Assembly (NCBI GenBank): GCA_964397995.1
Contig: CAYNLG010000002.1
Location: 34,444 to 98,443 of the forward strand
DNA length: 64,000 nucleotides
Reading direction: 5' to 3'
DNA from: an uncultured Anaerolineales bacterium
Lineage (GTDB): Bacteria > Planctomycetota > Phycisphaerae > FEN-1346
A model generated the notes under the pieces. The model saw nothing but the letters and a program-made list of their open reading frames with translations. It had not been told where the DNA came from and ran no database searches. Positions 29,462-37,670 of the stretch are shown here, one piece after another. Numbering within the stretch: position 1 is the first letter of the stretch; each line of letters opens with the position of its first letter. The translations under genes and the position numbers were made by a program.

Positions 29462-29530
29462 GGTCAGTCTCCGTGGTAGCTACCGCCCGGGGCGCGGGCG
29501 TGCCGCGCCCCGCGGGCGGGTCGGGTTCGC

Positions 29531-30424
29531 TTAGCGGCGCTTGCGGCGCACGAGCGCCAGGCCGCCCAGGGCCAGCAGGGACAGCGTCGCCGGCTCGGGC
29601 ACGGCCACGTCGTGGCTGAAGAAGTACTCGCCCGGGTCGAGCGTGACGGCCTCATCGAGTTCCCAGACGAGCCGCCAGATGGGGTCTTCCTTGCCGGGGT
29701 CCCAGCCGCTGTAGCGGCGCGCGACGCCCGTATCGCTCCAGGAGAACGTGCCGGCGGTGGTGTCGCTCGTCAGCACGTCGCCCTGGAAACTGCCCGTGTC
29801 GGTGGGCATCAGGTAGCCGGCATCGCCGCCGGCGCCCGCGACCGAGGAGAAGATGTTCATCCGGTAGGTGATCCGCGGGTCGTCCGGATCGAAGTTCCCG
29901 TAGTACCCCGTGCCGTCGAAGTAGCCGATGAGCGTGTCGACGGTCGTGGCTTCGGTCAGCTTGAAGTAGCCGCTATAGATCCAGTCCTCGTTGTTGGACA
30001 TGCCGTAGCCCATGTAGAGGCCGGCAATGGGATTGGCGCTCTGGTTGAGCTCGTTGTTGTAGTAGTCGTCCGGGCCGTAGGGGTCACCGTTCTCGATCAG
30101 GTTGTTGTCGAAGACGGTGGCGCCCTCGTTCTTCATGGTCAGGGCGATGCCGCTGTTCTCGGCGAACCAGTCGTCGCGAACCCACTGCTGGGTGGCATAC
30201 CCCGCGTTCGGGTCGTCGGTGACGAAGCGGAAGACACCGCCGGAGCCGTTGTCGCCGTTGACGGTCTGGCCGTTCGGGAACTGGCTCCCGCTGATCCAGT
30301 AGTAGAGGCCGAACGTCGTGGTGCTGTACTCGATGTGGCCGTTGAAGTCCGGGTGCGTCTGGGCCATGGCGGCCGGAGCGGCCAGCAGCATGGCGGCGAG
30401 GGTCATAAGGGTCAGGCGCTTCAT
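29531..30424 (-). CDS. PEP-CTERM sorting-domain protein
   Basis: Signal peptide MKRLTLMTLAAMLLAAPAAMA. C-terminus VPEPATLSLLALGGLALVRRKRR. Confidence 0.8.
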   Translation of the reverse strand: MKRLTLMTLAAMLLAAPAAMAQTHPDFNGHIEYSTTTFGLYYWISGSQFPNGQTVNGDNGSGGVFRFVTDDPNAGYATQQWVRDDWFAENSGIALTMKNEGATVFDNNLIENGDPYGPDDYYNNELNQSANPIAGLYMGYGMSNNEDWIYSGYFKLTEATTVDTLIGYFDGTGYYGNFDPDDPRITYRMNIFSSVAGAGGDAGYLMPTDTGSFQGDVLTSDTTAGTFSWSDTGVARRYSGWDPGKEDPIWRLVWELDEAVTLDPGEYFFSHDVAVPEPATLSLLALGGLALVRRKRR

Positions 30425-30556
30425 GGTAGCACTCCTTGGTTTCGTGCGGTTTGCTTGCGTTTCAGGGGTGCGGGCGACGTCGTTGCCGCCTCGCGGTCAG
30501 TCCCGCCGGCGGGGCGCGCCCCGTGGCGCACCACGCGCGGCCGGGGTCACGTTCGC

Positions 30557-31405
30557 TCAGCCGCGGCGCCGGCGCACGAGCGCCAGGCCGCCCAGGGCCA
30601 ACAGGGACAGCGTCGCCGGCTCGGGCGCGAAGTTCACCTGCGACGTGACGGTCGTCGTGTCGTAGGTCAGCGTGGCGTCCCAGTTGTCGAGCTCGGCGCA
30701 GATCTCCGCGACGGCCCGGTCCAGCGTGTCCTGCTTCGTGTCGCCGTCCTGGTACCAGTACTCGCCGTCGTCGTAGTAAACGGCGTAGGCCATGCCGAAG
30801 TGGCCAACGATGTCGGAGATCGTGTTGGTCGGATTGGCCGCGTCCCAGTCCTCGACGGTGCCGCTCATAACGAGGGTGCCGTCGGCGGCATAGCCGACGC
30901 GTTTCTCGGGGTCGAAGGTGGTGCTGGAGTCAAACGAGACGGCGCTGCCGTAGAAGCTCTCGTAGATGGCGTAGTCGGTGTCGCCCCAGCCGTCCTCGTA
31001 AACCTCGATGCCGCCGATGTTGGCCAAGCTGAGGGCCTCGCCGGCCGTCGCCTCGACGCGGTACACCCAGTGGACGCGGTGGCCGTGTTCGCCGGTACCG
31101 GTCTCGGCCACGCCCTGCCAGCTGTCAAAGCCGGTCGCGAGGGCCTCGTAGCACGGTCGTTCGCCGCTCTCGCCGTTGGTGGGGCTGAGGACGTTGAACG
31201 TGCCGTTGCCGGTACCATAGGTACTGAGGCCGTTCATGACAGCATACTGTGCATTACTCCACCACTCGTTGAAGCTGGTCCCGCCGGCGTACGCGTTGCC
31301 GGCGTTGCTGCCGAGCAGCGAGACGGCAACGGTCTCCACGCCGTAGGCGTTTCCGGCCGCGACCAGGAGGGCGGCGGCCGCCGTGATGCTGAGAAGGGTC
31401 TTCAT
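30557..31405 (-). CDS. PEP-CTERM sorting-domain protein
   Basis: Signal peptide MKTLLSITAAAALLVAAGNAYG. C-terminus APEPATLSLLALGGLALVRRRRG. Confidence 0.8.
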   Translation of the reverse strand: MKTLLSITAAAALLVAAGNAYGVETVAVSLLGSNAGNAYAGGTSFNEWWSNAQYAVMNGLSTYGTGNGTFNVLSPTNGESGERPCYEALATGFDSWQGVAETGTGEHGHRVHWVYRVEATAGEALSLANIGGIEVYEDGWGDTDYAIYESFYGSAVSFDSSTTFDPEKRVGYAADGTLVMSGTVEDWDAANPTNTISDIVGHFGMAYAVYYDDGEYWYQDGDTKQDTLDRAVAEICAELDNWDATLTYDTTTVTSQVNFAPEPATLSLLALGGLALVRRRRG

Positions 31406-31465
31406 TGGTAGCTCCTTTGCCCACGCGGGGCATGGGGTTCGTTCGGTTGGGTTGGCTCTGTCGGG

Positions 31466-32161
31466 TTACTTGCGGCGACGGCGGGCGAACAGCCCGAGGC
31501 CGCCCAGGGCCGCCAGCGTCAGCGTGGCCGGCTCCGGCGTCATGTTGAAGGCCATGTCGAATTCGTAGTCCGGCGACCAGTCGGCGTAGGTCAGCCAGCC
31601 GGTCGGCTCATCGTCGGGCCGGTCGGCGTACTGCCACTGACCCCACGCCTCGCCCTCGACGGTTCGCCAGGCTCCCCCCCAACTGGAAGCTTCGTTCACG
31701 TTGGCGACGGCGCTGAACCAGTAGACGGTGCCCTCGGTCTGATCGAAGACCGGGTCGATGACGCCGGAGAACTTGCGGACCTCACCGGCGGGCTCCCCGC
31801 CGCCCCAGCTGACCGTCTGCACGAAGTCGGCGCCGAAGGTCGTGATGGTACTGGTCTGGAGCAGGGCGCCGGGGCCGCTGCCGGTGTCGGCGTAGATCGA
31901 AAGGTCGAACGAGGTGATGTCGGCCAAGGTGGCGCCACCACGGCTGGCCATCCACCACTCGGCCCCGTCGATGTCGGCGTTGCTGTTCTGGCACTCAAAG
32001 TCGCCGGCGTTCTTCCAGACGGCGTCGGTGTAGCCGGTGGCGTTCAGCGTCCAGAAGTTGCCGCCCGAGCTCATCGGGTGTTCGGCCTTGTAGGGCCCCG
32101 CCCACGCAACCGCGGCCGTCAGGGCCAGGCAGGCGGCAGTCATCATGTATCGCTTACGCAT
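31466..32161 (-). CDS. PEP-CTERM sorting-domain protein
   Basis: Start at MRKRYMMTAACLALTAAVAWAG (signal peptide). C-terminus TPEPATLTLAALGGLGLFARRRRK. An SD sequence AAAGGAG lies upstream. Confidence 0.75.
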   Translation of the reverse strand: MRKRYMMTAACLALTAAVAWAGPYKAEHPMSSGGNFWTLNATGYTDAVWKNAGDFECQNSNADIDGAEWWMASRGGATLADITSFDLSIYADTGSGPGALLQTSTITTFGADFVQTVSWGGGEPAGEVRKFSGVIDPVFDQTEGTVYWFSAVANVNEASSWGGAWRTVEGEAWGQWQYADRPDDEPTGWLTYADWSPDYEFDMAFNMTPEPATLTLAALGGLGLFARRRRK

Positions 32162-32311
32162 GTGTTCCTTTCTCCTTTTTCCCCTCTTCGGGGGAACGAT
32201 GTCGTCGTGCAGCCCGGCCCGTTCTCGGGCCGGATTCGTCTCCGGGCGGCGCCGCGCCGCCCGTTTCGGCACGGGCGCGGTCGCGTCCGGTCTTGGCTTC
32301 CGCTTCAGCGT

Positions 32312-33007
32312 TTACCGACGGCGACGGCGGGCGCACAGCCCGAGGCCGCCCAGGGCCGCCAGCGTCAGCGTGGCCGGCTCCGGCACCACGTGCACCGTGG
32401 AGCCCAGATACTCGACCGAGTCCGGGGCGCCCTGGGTGATAGCGGTGTCGGTCATCTTGTAGACATTGACGCCGTCGTGAACGGCGACATCGACGCCGAC
32501 GGTGGCGTCACCGAGCGAGACGGCCGTCAGCGTGCCTTCGAGCAGCCAGACCGGCCCCGAGGTCGAGTCCACGTTGCCGTAGTACAGGTACTCGGCCCCG
32601 TAGTTGTCATAGCCGCTCTCCAGCGGCGACGAGACGAAGAAGTTCACCAGGCCCCCGTTCGGGCCCCAGCTGGGCTTGCGCGTCAGCGTGGCCATGGCCG
32701 GCTGGAGCGTCACGTCCGGCACGTCCTGGCCGGGCGGGGGGACGGCGATGAACTTGGACTTGATCTCGACGACGCCGAGGTCCGACAGGAGCAGGTCCAG
32801 CGACGCGGCCTGGATACCCAGGTTCTCCGTGCCGAAGTAGACATTCTCGGTCACGGACGCCCAGACACGGAACGCCGTGCTCTGTCCGGGCACCAGTTCG
32901 GTCTGATCCACCTCGACCGAGAACGTCACGACAGAGGCCCAAGCGGCGGTGGCGCCGGCCAAGGCGATGGCGAATGCCACAACAAGAAGTGCGAGCACTT
33001 TCATTTT
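32312..33007 (-). CDS. PEP-CTERM sorting-domain protein (paralog of 36433..37122)
   Basis: Start at MKVLALLVVAFAIALAGATAAWA. C-terminus VPEPATLTLAALGGLGLCARRRRR. About 60% identical to the gene at 36433..37122 (VTFSVEVDQTELVPGQSTAFRVWA against VTFSVEVDDTELMPGQSTGFRVWA). Confidence 0.75.
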   Translation of the reverse strand, partial: KMKVLALLVVAFAIALAGATAAWASVVTFSVEVDQTELVPGQSTAFRVWASVTENVYFGTENLGIQAASLDLLLSDLGVVEIKSKFIAVPPPGQDVPDVTLQPAMATLTRKPSWGPNGGLVNFFVSSPLESGYDNYGAEYLYYGNVDSTSGPVWLLEGTLTAVSLGDATVGVDVAVHDGVNVYKMTDTAITQGAPDSVEYLGSTVHVVPEPATLTLAALGGLGLCARRRRR

Positions 33008-33592
33008 CGGTCCTTCCTCCTGCTGCATGGTGCGTGGACATGGTCCGCCTGCCTCGCGCCGCAGCACAGCGCGAAACGATGCGGCATCCCAGTGCTGTGT
33101 ATCACGTGTGTCCACGTTGCCTCATTCCTCTCCCGGCCGCGCACCCTCGGGGGCCCCTCGCCGCCCGTCGGCCGCGACCGCTTCGCGGGTCCGTCACCGG
33201 CACGTCCCATCCCACGCCGGGAACTGCCTATCCGCCGCCGGTCCGTTCCTCCTTGTGCCTCGTGCTTCGGTTCCTCGCGTGGCCCCGGCCGGCGTCCGGC
33301 CGGCCGGGCCTCCCTCCATCCCCGGCTCCCCCGCGTGCCGCGCACGGGGCCTTCGTCGAGCCCGGCCGGCAAGGCCGGCGCTCAAGGCTCTCGGCGGCTC
33401 TCTGCGACGGGTTCGCCGTCGCGGTTGCCTGGCGGCAGCCGTCGGCGCTGTCCGCGGGTCGCGGTGGTTCCGCTGGTGGGCAGTGCCCCTTCGGGCATGG
33501 GCGGCCCCGGCTGTGCCGGAACTCCGACCCTGGTGCGCCCACCGACGGCCGCGCCCCGCCGCCCCGGCCTGCGGGCCGAGACGCCCGCGCGC

Positions 33593-33781
33593 CTAGGCGG
33601 CCAGCCGCGTCGGCAACCGCATGGCGGGGGTCCGCCCGGCCCAGAGCCAGTCGGTCCAGGCGTCCCGCTGCAGACGCAGAATCGTGGGTGCCCCGTCCCG
33701 GGCGTCGCGGTGCGTCTTCGGCGGCGCCGGACGGGTCTCCGGGTCCATCAGGAACGACGTCTCGTGTCTCGGAATGACCAT
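33593..33781 (-). CDS. Small hypothetical ORF (62 aa), first of three tandem small ORFs
   Basis: Start at MVIPRHET. Ends in ...LAA like its neighbours. Weakest of the three. Confidence 0.25.
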   Translation of the reverse strand: MVIPRHETSFLMDPETRPAPPKTHRDARDGAPTILRLQRDAWTDWLWAGRTPAMRLPTRLAA

Positions 33782-33819
33782 CGTGGTCTCCCCCTTCGCT
33801 CTTGGCGAAGATCGTGGGC

Positions 33820-34008
33820 TCAGGCGGCCTCGCGGTACCGCGGCGCCTGGCGGCGGCCGCGCACCCGGTCGGCCAGGTGCGTACTGTGTTGGAATCCCCG
33901 CGGAATGCGGCGCTCGGCCCGGCTCTCGAGTTCGTCGGTGATGGCCAGGCTGAGTTGATCCAGCTCGTCCTCCGACAGGTTCCGAATGCGTCGCAGAAGC
34001 TTGTTCAT
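33820..34008 (-). CDS. Small hypothetical protein (62 aa), paralog of the next ORF
   Basis: MNKLLRRIRNLSEDELDQLSLAITDELESRAERR aligns with MTNEELLSLAVLNSDGVLDAVEAELDRRAG of ORF 34087..34290. Acidic helical, no signal peptide. Confidence 0.4.
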   Translation of the reverse strand: MNKLLRRIRNLSEDELDQLSLAITDELESRAERRIPRGFQHSTHLADRVRGRRQAPRYREAA

Positions 34009-34086
34009 CGTGTCCTCTCCCCCCGTTCGGGTTGCATGGGTCGATCCCAGGTAACGGTCTTCTGCACGGCGGATGCGCCCGTGGCC

Positions 34087-34290
34087 TCAGGCGGCCTGGG
34101 CCAGCCCGACGCGCGCCCGCGGCGCTCGCCGCTCGCACAACCGGCGGTACGTCTGGCTGATGCGGCACAGTTGGGCTTGGCCGGCGCGCCGGTCAAGTTC
34201 GGCTTCCACCGCGTCCAGCACGCCGTCGCTGTTCAGCACGGCCAGTGACAGCAACTCCTCGTTCGTCATGTGGTTCAATGCCATGGTCAT
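34087..34290 (-). CDS. Small hypothetical protein (67 aa), paralog of 33820..34008
   Basis: See the previous entry. The (E/D)EL..LSLA...D.(L/V)E.EL(D/E)RR core is shared. Confidence 0.4.
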   Translation of the reverse strand: MTMALNHMTNEELLSLAVLNSDGVLDAVEAELDRRAGQAQLCRISQTYRRLCERRAPRARVGLAQAA

Positions 34291-34366
34291 CGTGAGTCCC
34301 TTTCCCCTTGTTCTCCCCAGCGCCCGCCGCTCTCAGGCGGGCGCTGGCCGGCCGGGCGGCCGGCCC

Positions 34367-34771
34367 TTACGCACGTCGAAGCCGCGGAACCACCGGCGGC
34401 GCCTGAACCAGGGGCTCCAGCACCGCGTCCCATTCCAGCGCGTCCAGCGGACCCAGCAGCATCTGCACGCCGCGCACCCGGGTGAATACTTCCAGCCCGT
34501 GGTGCACGGCCTCGGTGTAGACGGCACAGAGCCGCGGGGGCACTTGGCGGAGGGCCTCTTCGAGGGCAGCCATCGCGGCTCCGGGCCGCTCGGTCGCGTC
34601 GAAGACCGCCAGGGTCACACCCGCCACGCTCTGCCGCACCACCTCCGGGTCCGGCGTCGCGAGCAGCCGCAACGAGAACCCGTCGTGCCTGGACGCCCAG
34701 TCGCTCAACGAGACCAGCAGGCCCTCGCCGGCGTAGAACGTCGTGATCTCTCGGTGCAACCGAACGATCAT
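34367..34771 (-). CDS. Hypothetical 134-aa protein, possibly a degenerate CheY-like receiver (pseudo-receiver)
   Basis: Alternating beta/alpha pattern (MIVRLH..., FSLRLLA, LAVFDA, RLCAVYTE, VQMLLGPL) with an acidic residue where the phospho-Asp would sit. The N-terminal DD pair and the conserved Lys are missing. Confidence 0.3.
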   Translation of the reverse strand: MIVRLHREITTFYAGEGLLVSLSDWASRHDGFSLRLLATPDPEVVRQSVAGVTLAVFDATERPGAAMAALEEALRQVPPRLCAVYTEAVHHGLEVFTRVRGVQMLLGPLDALEWDAVLEPLVQAPPVVPRLRRA

Positions 34772-35086
34772 GCGGTCGCCTCCTCTGTCGGCCACGGCTG
34801 CACCGACCGCCGGCACAGCGTGACGCCCTACCTAAGGCAAGTGCGATGCCAGCGGGAACGCGCATCGGAAAAAGGGCCCTACGCCATTGGGAAACAAGGG
34901 CTTACCGAAAAGCGATGGCCGCACGGTCGTCCCGACGGCCGCGACACAGCGCTGCAAGGCGCAGCGGAGAAGTGTCGCAGAATGCGGCGCGCGCCGCGGC
35001 ACGCACCGGGGCTACTCATGCCTGCCCGCAACACCGCGGGCGTGCGCAAATGACGGGGGGGGCACACAAGTGAGGGGATGTCGACC

Positions 35087-36037
35087 TCAGGCGACGCGGA
35101 GGCTATCCAGCTTCCGAGCCAGAGTGCTGCGGTGGATACCGAGGAGCCGGGCGGCCTCGGTCTGGTTGTCCTCGGCCAGCTGCATGGCGCGGCGAATGGC
35201 GATGCGCTCGGCGTCTTCCAGGGTCAATGCACCGTCCGGCACGTCCGTGGCTGCGGCCTGCGGACGCCTCTGGCCGAGCGACGCCGCCAAGACCTCCGCC
35301 GGCAGACCTGTCGCGTACAGGCGCTCGACCCAGGCCTTGAGCTCCCGCACGTTGCCCGGCCAGGGGTAGGCGGCCAGGCGATCGCGGACCTCGCGGCGCA
35401 CGGTGCGCGACTCGTACCCGGTGCGGAGGGCGACCTCCGGCAGGAAGTGGTCCAGCAGCGGGTCAATATCCTCGCGGCGGTCGCGCAGCGGCGGCACGTC
35501 GATGCGCACAACATCCAACCGGTAGTAGAGGTCCTCGCGGAATCGCCCCTCGTCGACCAGCTCGCCCAGACTCCGGTTCGTCGCGGCCAGGAAGCGCGTG
35601 TCGACCGACACCGGCCGCGTCTCGCCCACGGGGAGGACCTCCCCGTCCTGGAGCACGCGGAGGAGCTTGGCCTGCTGGCCGAGGGGAATCTCGCCGACCT
35701 CGTCCAGCAGGAGCGTCCCGCCGTCGGCACTGCGCACGAGCCCCTGGAGGCTCCGCTCCGCCCCCGTGAAGGCCCCGCGGACGTGGCCGAAGAACTGGCT
35801 CTCGAAGAGCGCCTCGGAGATGCCCGCGCAGTTGACCGGGATAAGCGGCCGGACCGCCCGCGGGCCGCGGGCGTGGAGGCGGCGGGCCACCAGTTCCTTG
35901 CCAGTCCCGCTCTCCCCCTCGATCAGGACCGCGCAGTCGCTCCGCGCGACAGTGTCGACCAGGTCGATGAGGCGGCAGATGGCATCGCTCGTGCCGACGA
36001 TCTCGGGAATCGGAATCGTGGGTTGCCGTAGAGGCAT
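35087..36037 (-). CDS. Sigma-54 enhancer-binding protein lacking any N-terminal regulatory domain (AAA+ sigma-54 interaction domain plus HTH only)
   Basis: Starts directly at the AAA+ core (MPLRQPTIPIPEIVGTSDAICRL...LIEGESGTGKELVARRLH). A GAFTGA motif (ESQFFGHVRGAFTGA). C-terminal Fis-type HTH (EAARLLGIHRSTLARKL). Confidence 0.8.
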   Translation of the reverse strand: MPLRQPTIPIPEIVGTSDAICRLIDLVDTVARSDCAVLIEGESGTGKELVARRLHARGPRAVRPLIPVNCAGISEALFESQFFGHVRGAFTGAERSLQGLVRSADGGTLLLDEVGEIPLGQQAKLLRVLQDGEVLPVGETRPVSVDTRFLAATNRSLGELVDEGRFREDLYYRLDVVRIDVPPLRDRREDIDPLLDHFLPEVALRTGYESRTVRREVRDRLAAYPWPGNVRELKAWVERLYATGLPAEVLAASLGQRRPQAAATDVPDGALTLEDAERIAIRRAMQLAEDNQTEAARLLGIHRSTLARKLDSLRVA

Positions 36038-36254
36038 GTGGCGGGTTGTCCTTTTCACCAAAGCAAAAACGGGCCGGCGGTTCACCACGAACCGCTGCGA
36101 CCCGTCTAACCCCGCCAGTTTGTCTTGTCCCGGCCAAGGCCGTACGGCGCCCCGGACCGTCCTCCTCCGGACACAGTATAGCACAAAAAGAGGGAAAGTC
36201 AAATAGCCATTGCGCCGCGTTTCTGACCAGCGGCTTCAATGGCAAGGAGACGTT

Positions 36255-36300
36255 GACAAAAATGCGCGGCCTCATCCGGGGGTGACCGGATGAAGCCGCC
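36255..36300 (-). terminator. Intrinsic terminator after the PEP-CTERM gene at 36433..37122
   Basis: A 14-bp imperfect inverted repeat GGCGGCTTCATCCGG-tcaccc-CCGGATGAGGCCGC on the minus strand, followed by GCGCATTTTTG. Confidence 0.45.
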
Positions 36301-36432
36301 CTATCGTGCCGCAAACACAGGCTTCCCCAGCCGGGGCGGGCCCGTCCTGCGGCGGACGGGAACCCGACCGGCCGGCGCGACTGGGCGCGGGGCCCGGGCG
36401 CGCCGGACCGGTCGGTCTAGACGCTCGTGCGA

Positions 36433-37122
36433 CTAACGGCGACGCAGCAGGCCCACCAAGCCCAGGCCGAGCAGCGCGAGGCTGGCCGGCTCGGGGACGA
36501 TGTGGACCTGGGCGCCCAGATATTCGACGCCCGTGGGCGGGCCCTGCGTGATCGCCGTGTCCGTCATCTTGTAGACGTTCACGCCGTCATGCACGGCCAC
36601 AGCCAGGTCGACGAAGGCCTCGACGGGCGACACGGCCGTCAGGATGCCTTCGACCAGCCAGATCGGCCCGGCGCTCGGCTCCAGCGACTCCACGTTGCCG
36701 TAGTAAAGGTACGGAGCGCCGAAGTTGTCGTAGCTGCTCTCCAGCGGCGAGGAGACGAAGAAGTTCGCCAGCCCGCCGTTCGGGCCCCACCCCGGCTTGC
36801 GCGTGAGCGTGGCCATATCCGGCTGGAGCGCCACGTCCGGGATCTCCTGGCCCGGAGGCGGCACGGGGATGAACTTCGACTGGATCTCGACGACGCCGGC
36901 CGCCGACAACAGCAGGTCCAGCGACGCCGCCTGGAGGCCCAAGTCATAGGCATCGAAGTACTGGTTGTCGCTGACGGCGGCCCAGACACGGAAACCCGTG
37001 CTCTGGCCAGGCATCAGCTCGGTGTCGTCCACCTCGACGCTGAACGTCACGAGCGACGCGTCGGCGGTCGCCACCAGCCCCGCCAGAACCACACCCAACG
37101 CTACCATCGTCATCCGCATCAT
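36433..37122 (-). CDS. PEP-CTERM sorting-domain protein (paralog of 32312..33007)
   Basis: Start MMRMTMVALGVVLAGLVATADA (signal peptide). C-terminus VPEPASLALLGLGLVGLLRRR. Confidence 0.75.
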   Translation of the reverse strand: MMRMTMVALGVVLAGLVATADASLVTFSVEVDDTELMPGQSTGFRVWAAVSDNQYFDAYDLGLQAASLDLLLSAAGVVEIQSKFIPVPPPGQEIPDVALQPDMATLTRKPGWGPNGGLANFFVSSPLESSYDNFGAPYLYYGNVESLEPSAGPIWLVEGILTAVSPVEAFVDLAVAVHDGVNVYKMTDTAITQGPPTGVEYLGAQVHIVPEPASLALLGLGLVGLLRRR

Positions 37123-37670
37123 GGTCTTCCCCTTCTTCTGCTGCGTCTTCCCGGATTCGGTGTTCCCGTTGTGCCCGATTGCATCCTTTACCCCGCGGCG
37201 TACACCACCGCGAGGGGGCGCTTCCGTTCTGTCTGTCCGTTCCGCCTCGGCTCCTTGCCGATGTGTCGTGGTCAAGGCATGAAAAAAGGCGGTCTTCGGC
37301 CGGGTGCTCCCTCCGAAGATCGCCCTGTTTAGCGATTCTGATTGTAGCGCCGACCGCGCCCTTGGCCGACCGGCGTGGGGCCCTTGGCTATCCCCGCTGG
37401 GCCCGACTGCGCTCCCCAAGTTGTCCTTCAACTGCAAACGGGCCGGTCGTTCGGTCCCTCCGAACGCCTCCGACCCGCGTATCCCGCCGGGGGACGCCTT
37501 CCACCGGGCGTTCTCCCGCTCAGAACGCACCAGCGCCAATCCCGCGACGTGGAACTATAGCCCAGAATTCGCGGAAGTCAAACGCGGCGGGGTATTTTCT
37601 CGACTTTTTTCAGTCGGCGTCTCACTGGGAACTGCCAAGCCACCCGGATATGACGCAAAACAAGAAAGGC

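Noticed and set aside
30425-33007. Sigma-54 (-24 GG / -12 GC) promoters upstream of PEP-CTERM cargo genes
   Set aside because: They were expected because an activator is encoded in the island. No convincing TGGCAC-N5-TTGC match was found by eye on the minus strand. This needs a position-weight-matrix scan before it can be claimed.
32949-33777. Plus-strand ORFs filling the 585-nt region upstream of the PEP-CTERM paralog at 32312-33007
   Set aside because: P/R/A-rich, mutually overlapping, with no SD or start context. The region is more plausibly regulatory (long 5' leader or enhancer sites for the sigma-54 activator). No -24/-12 element could be identified by eye.
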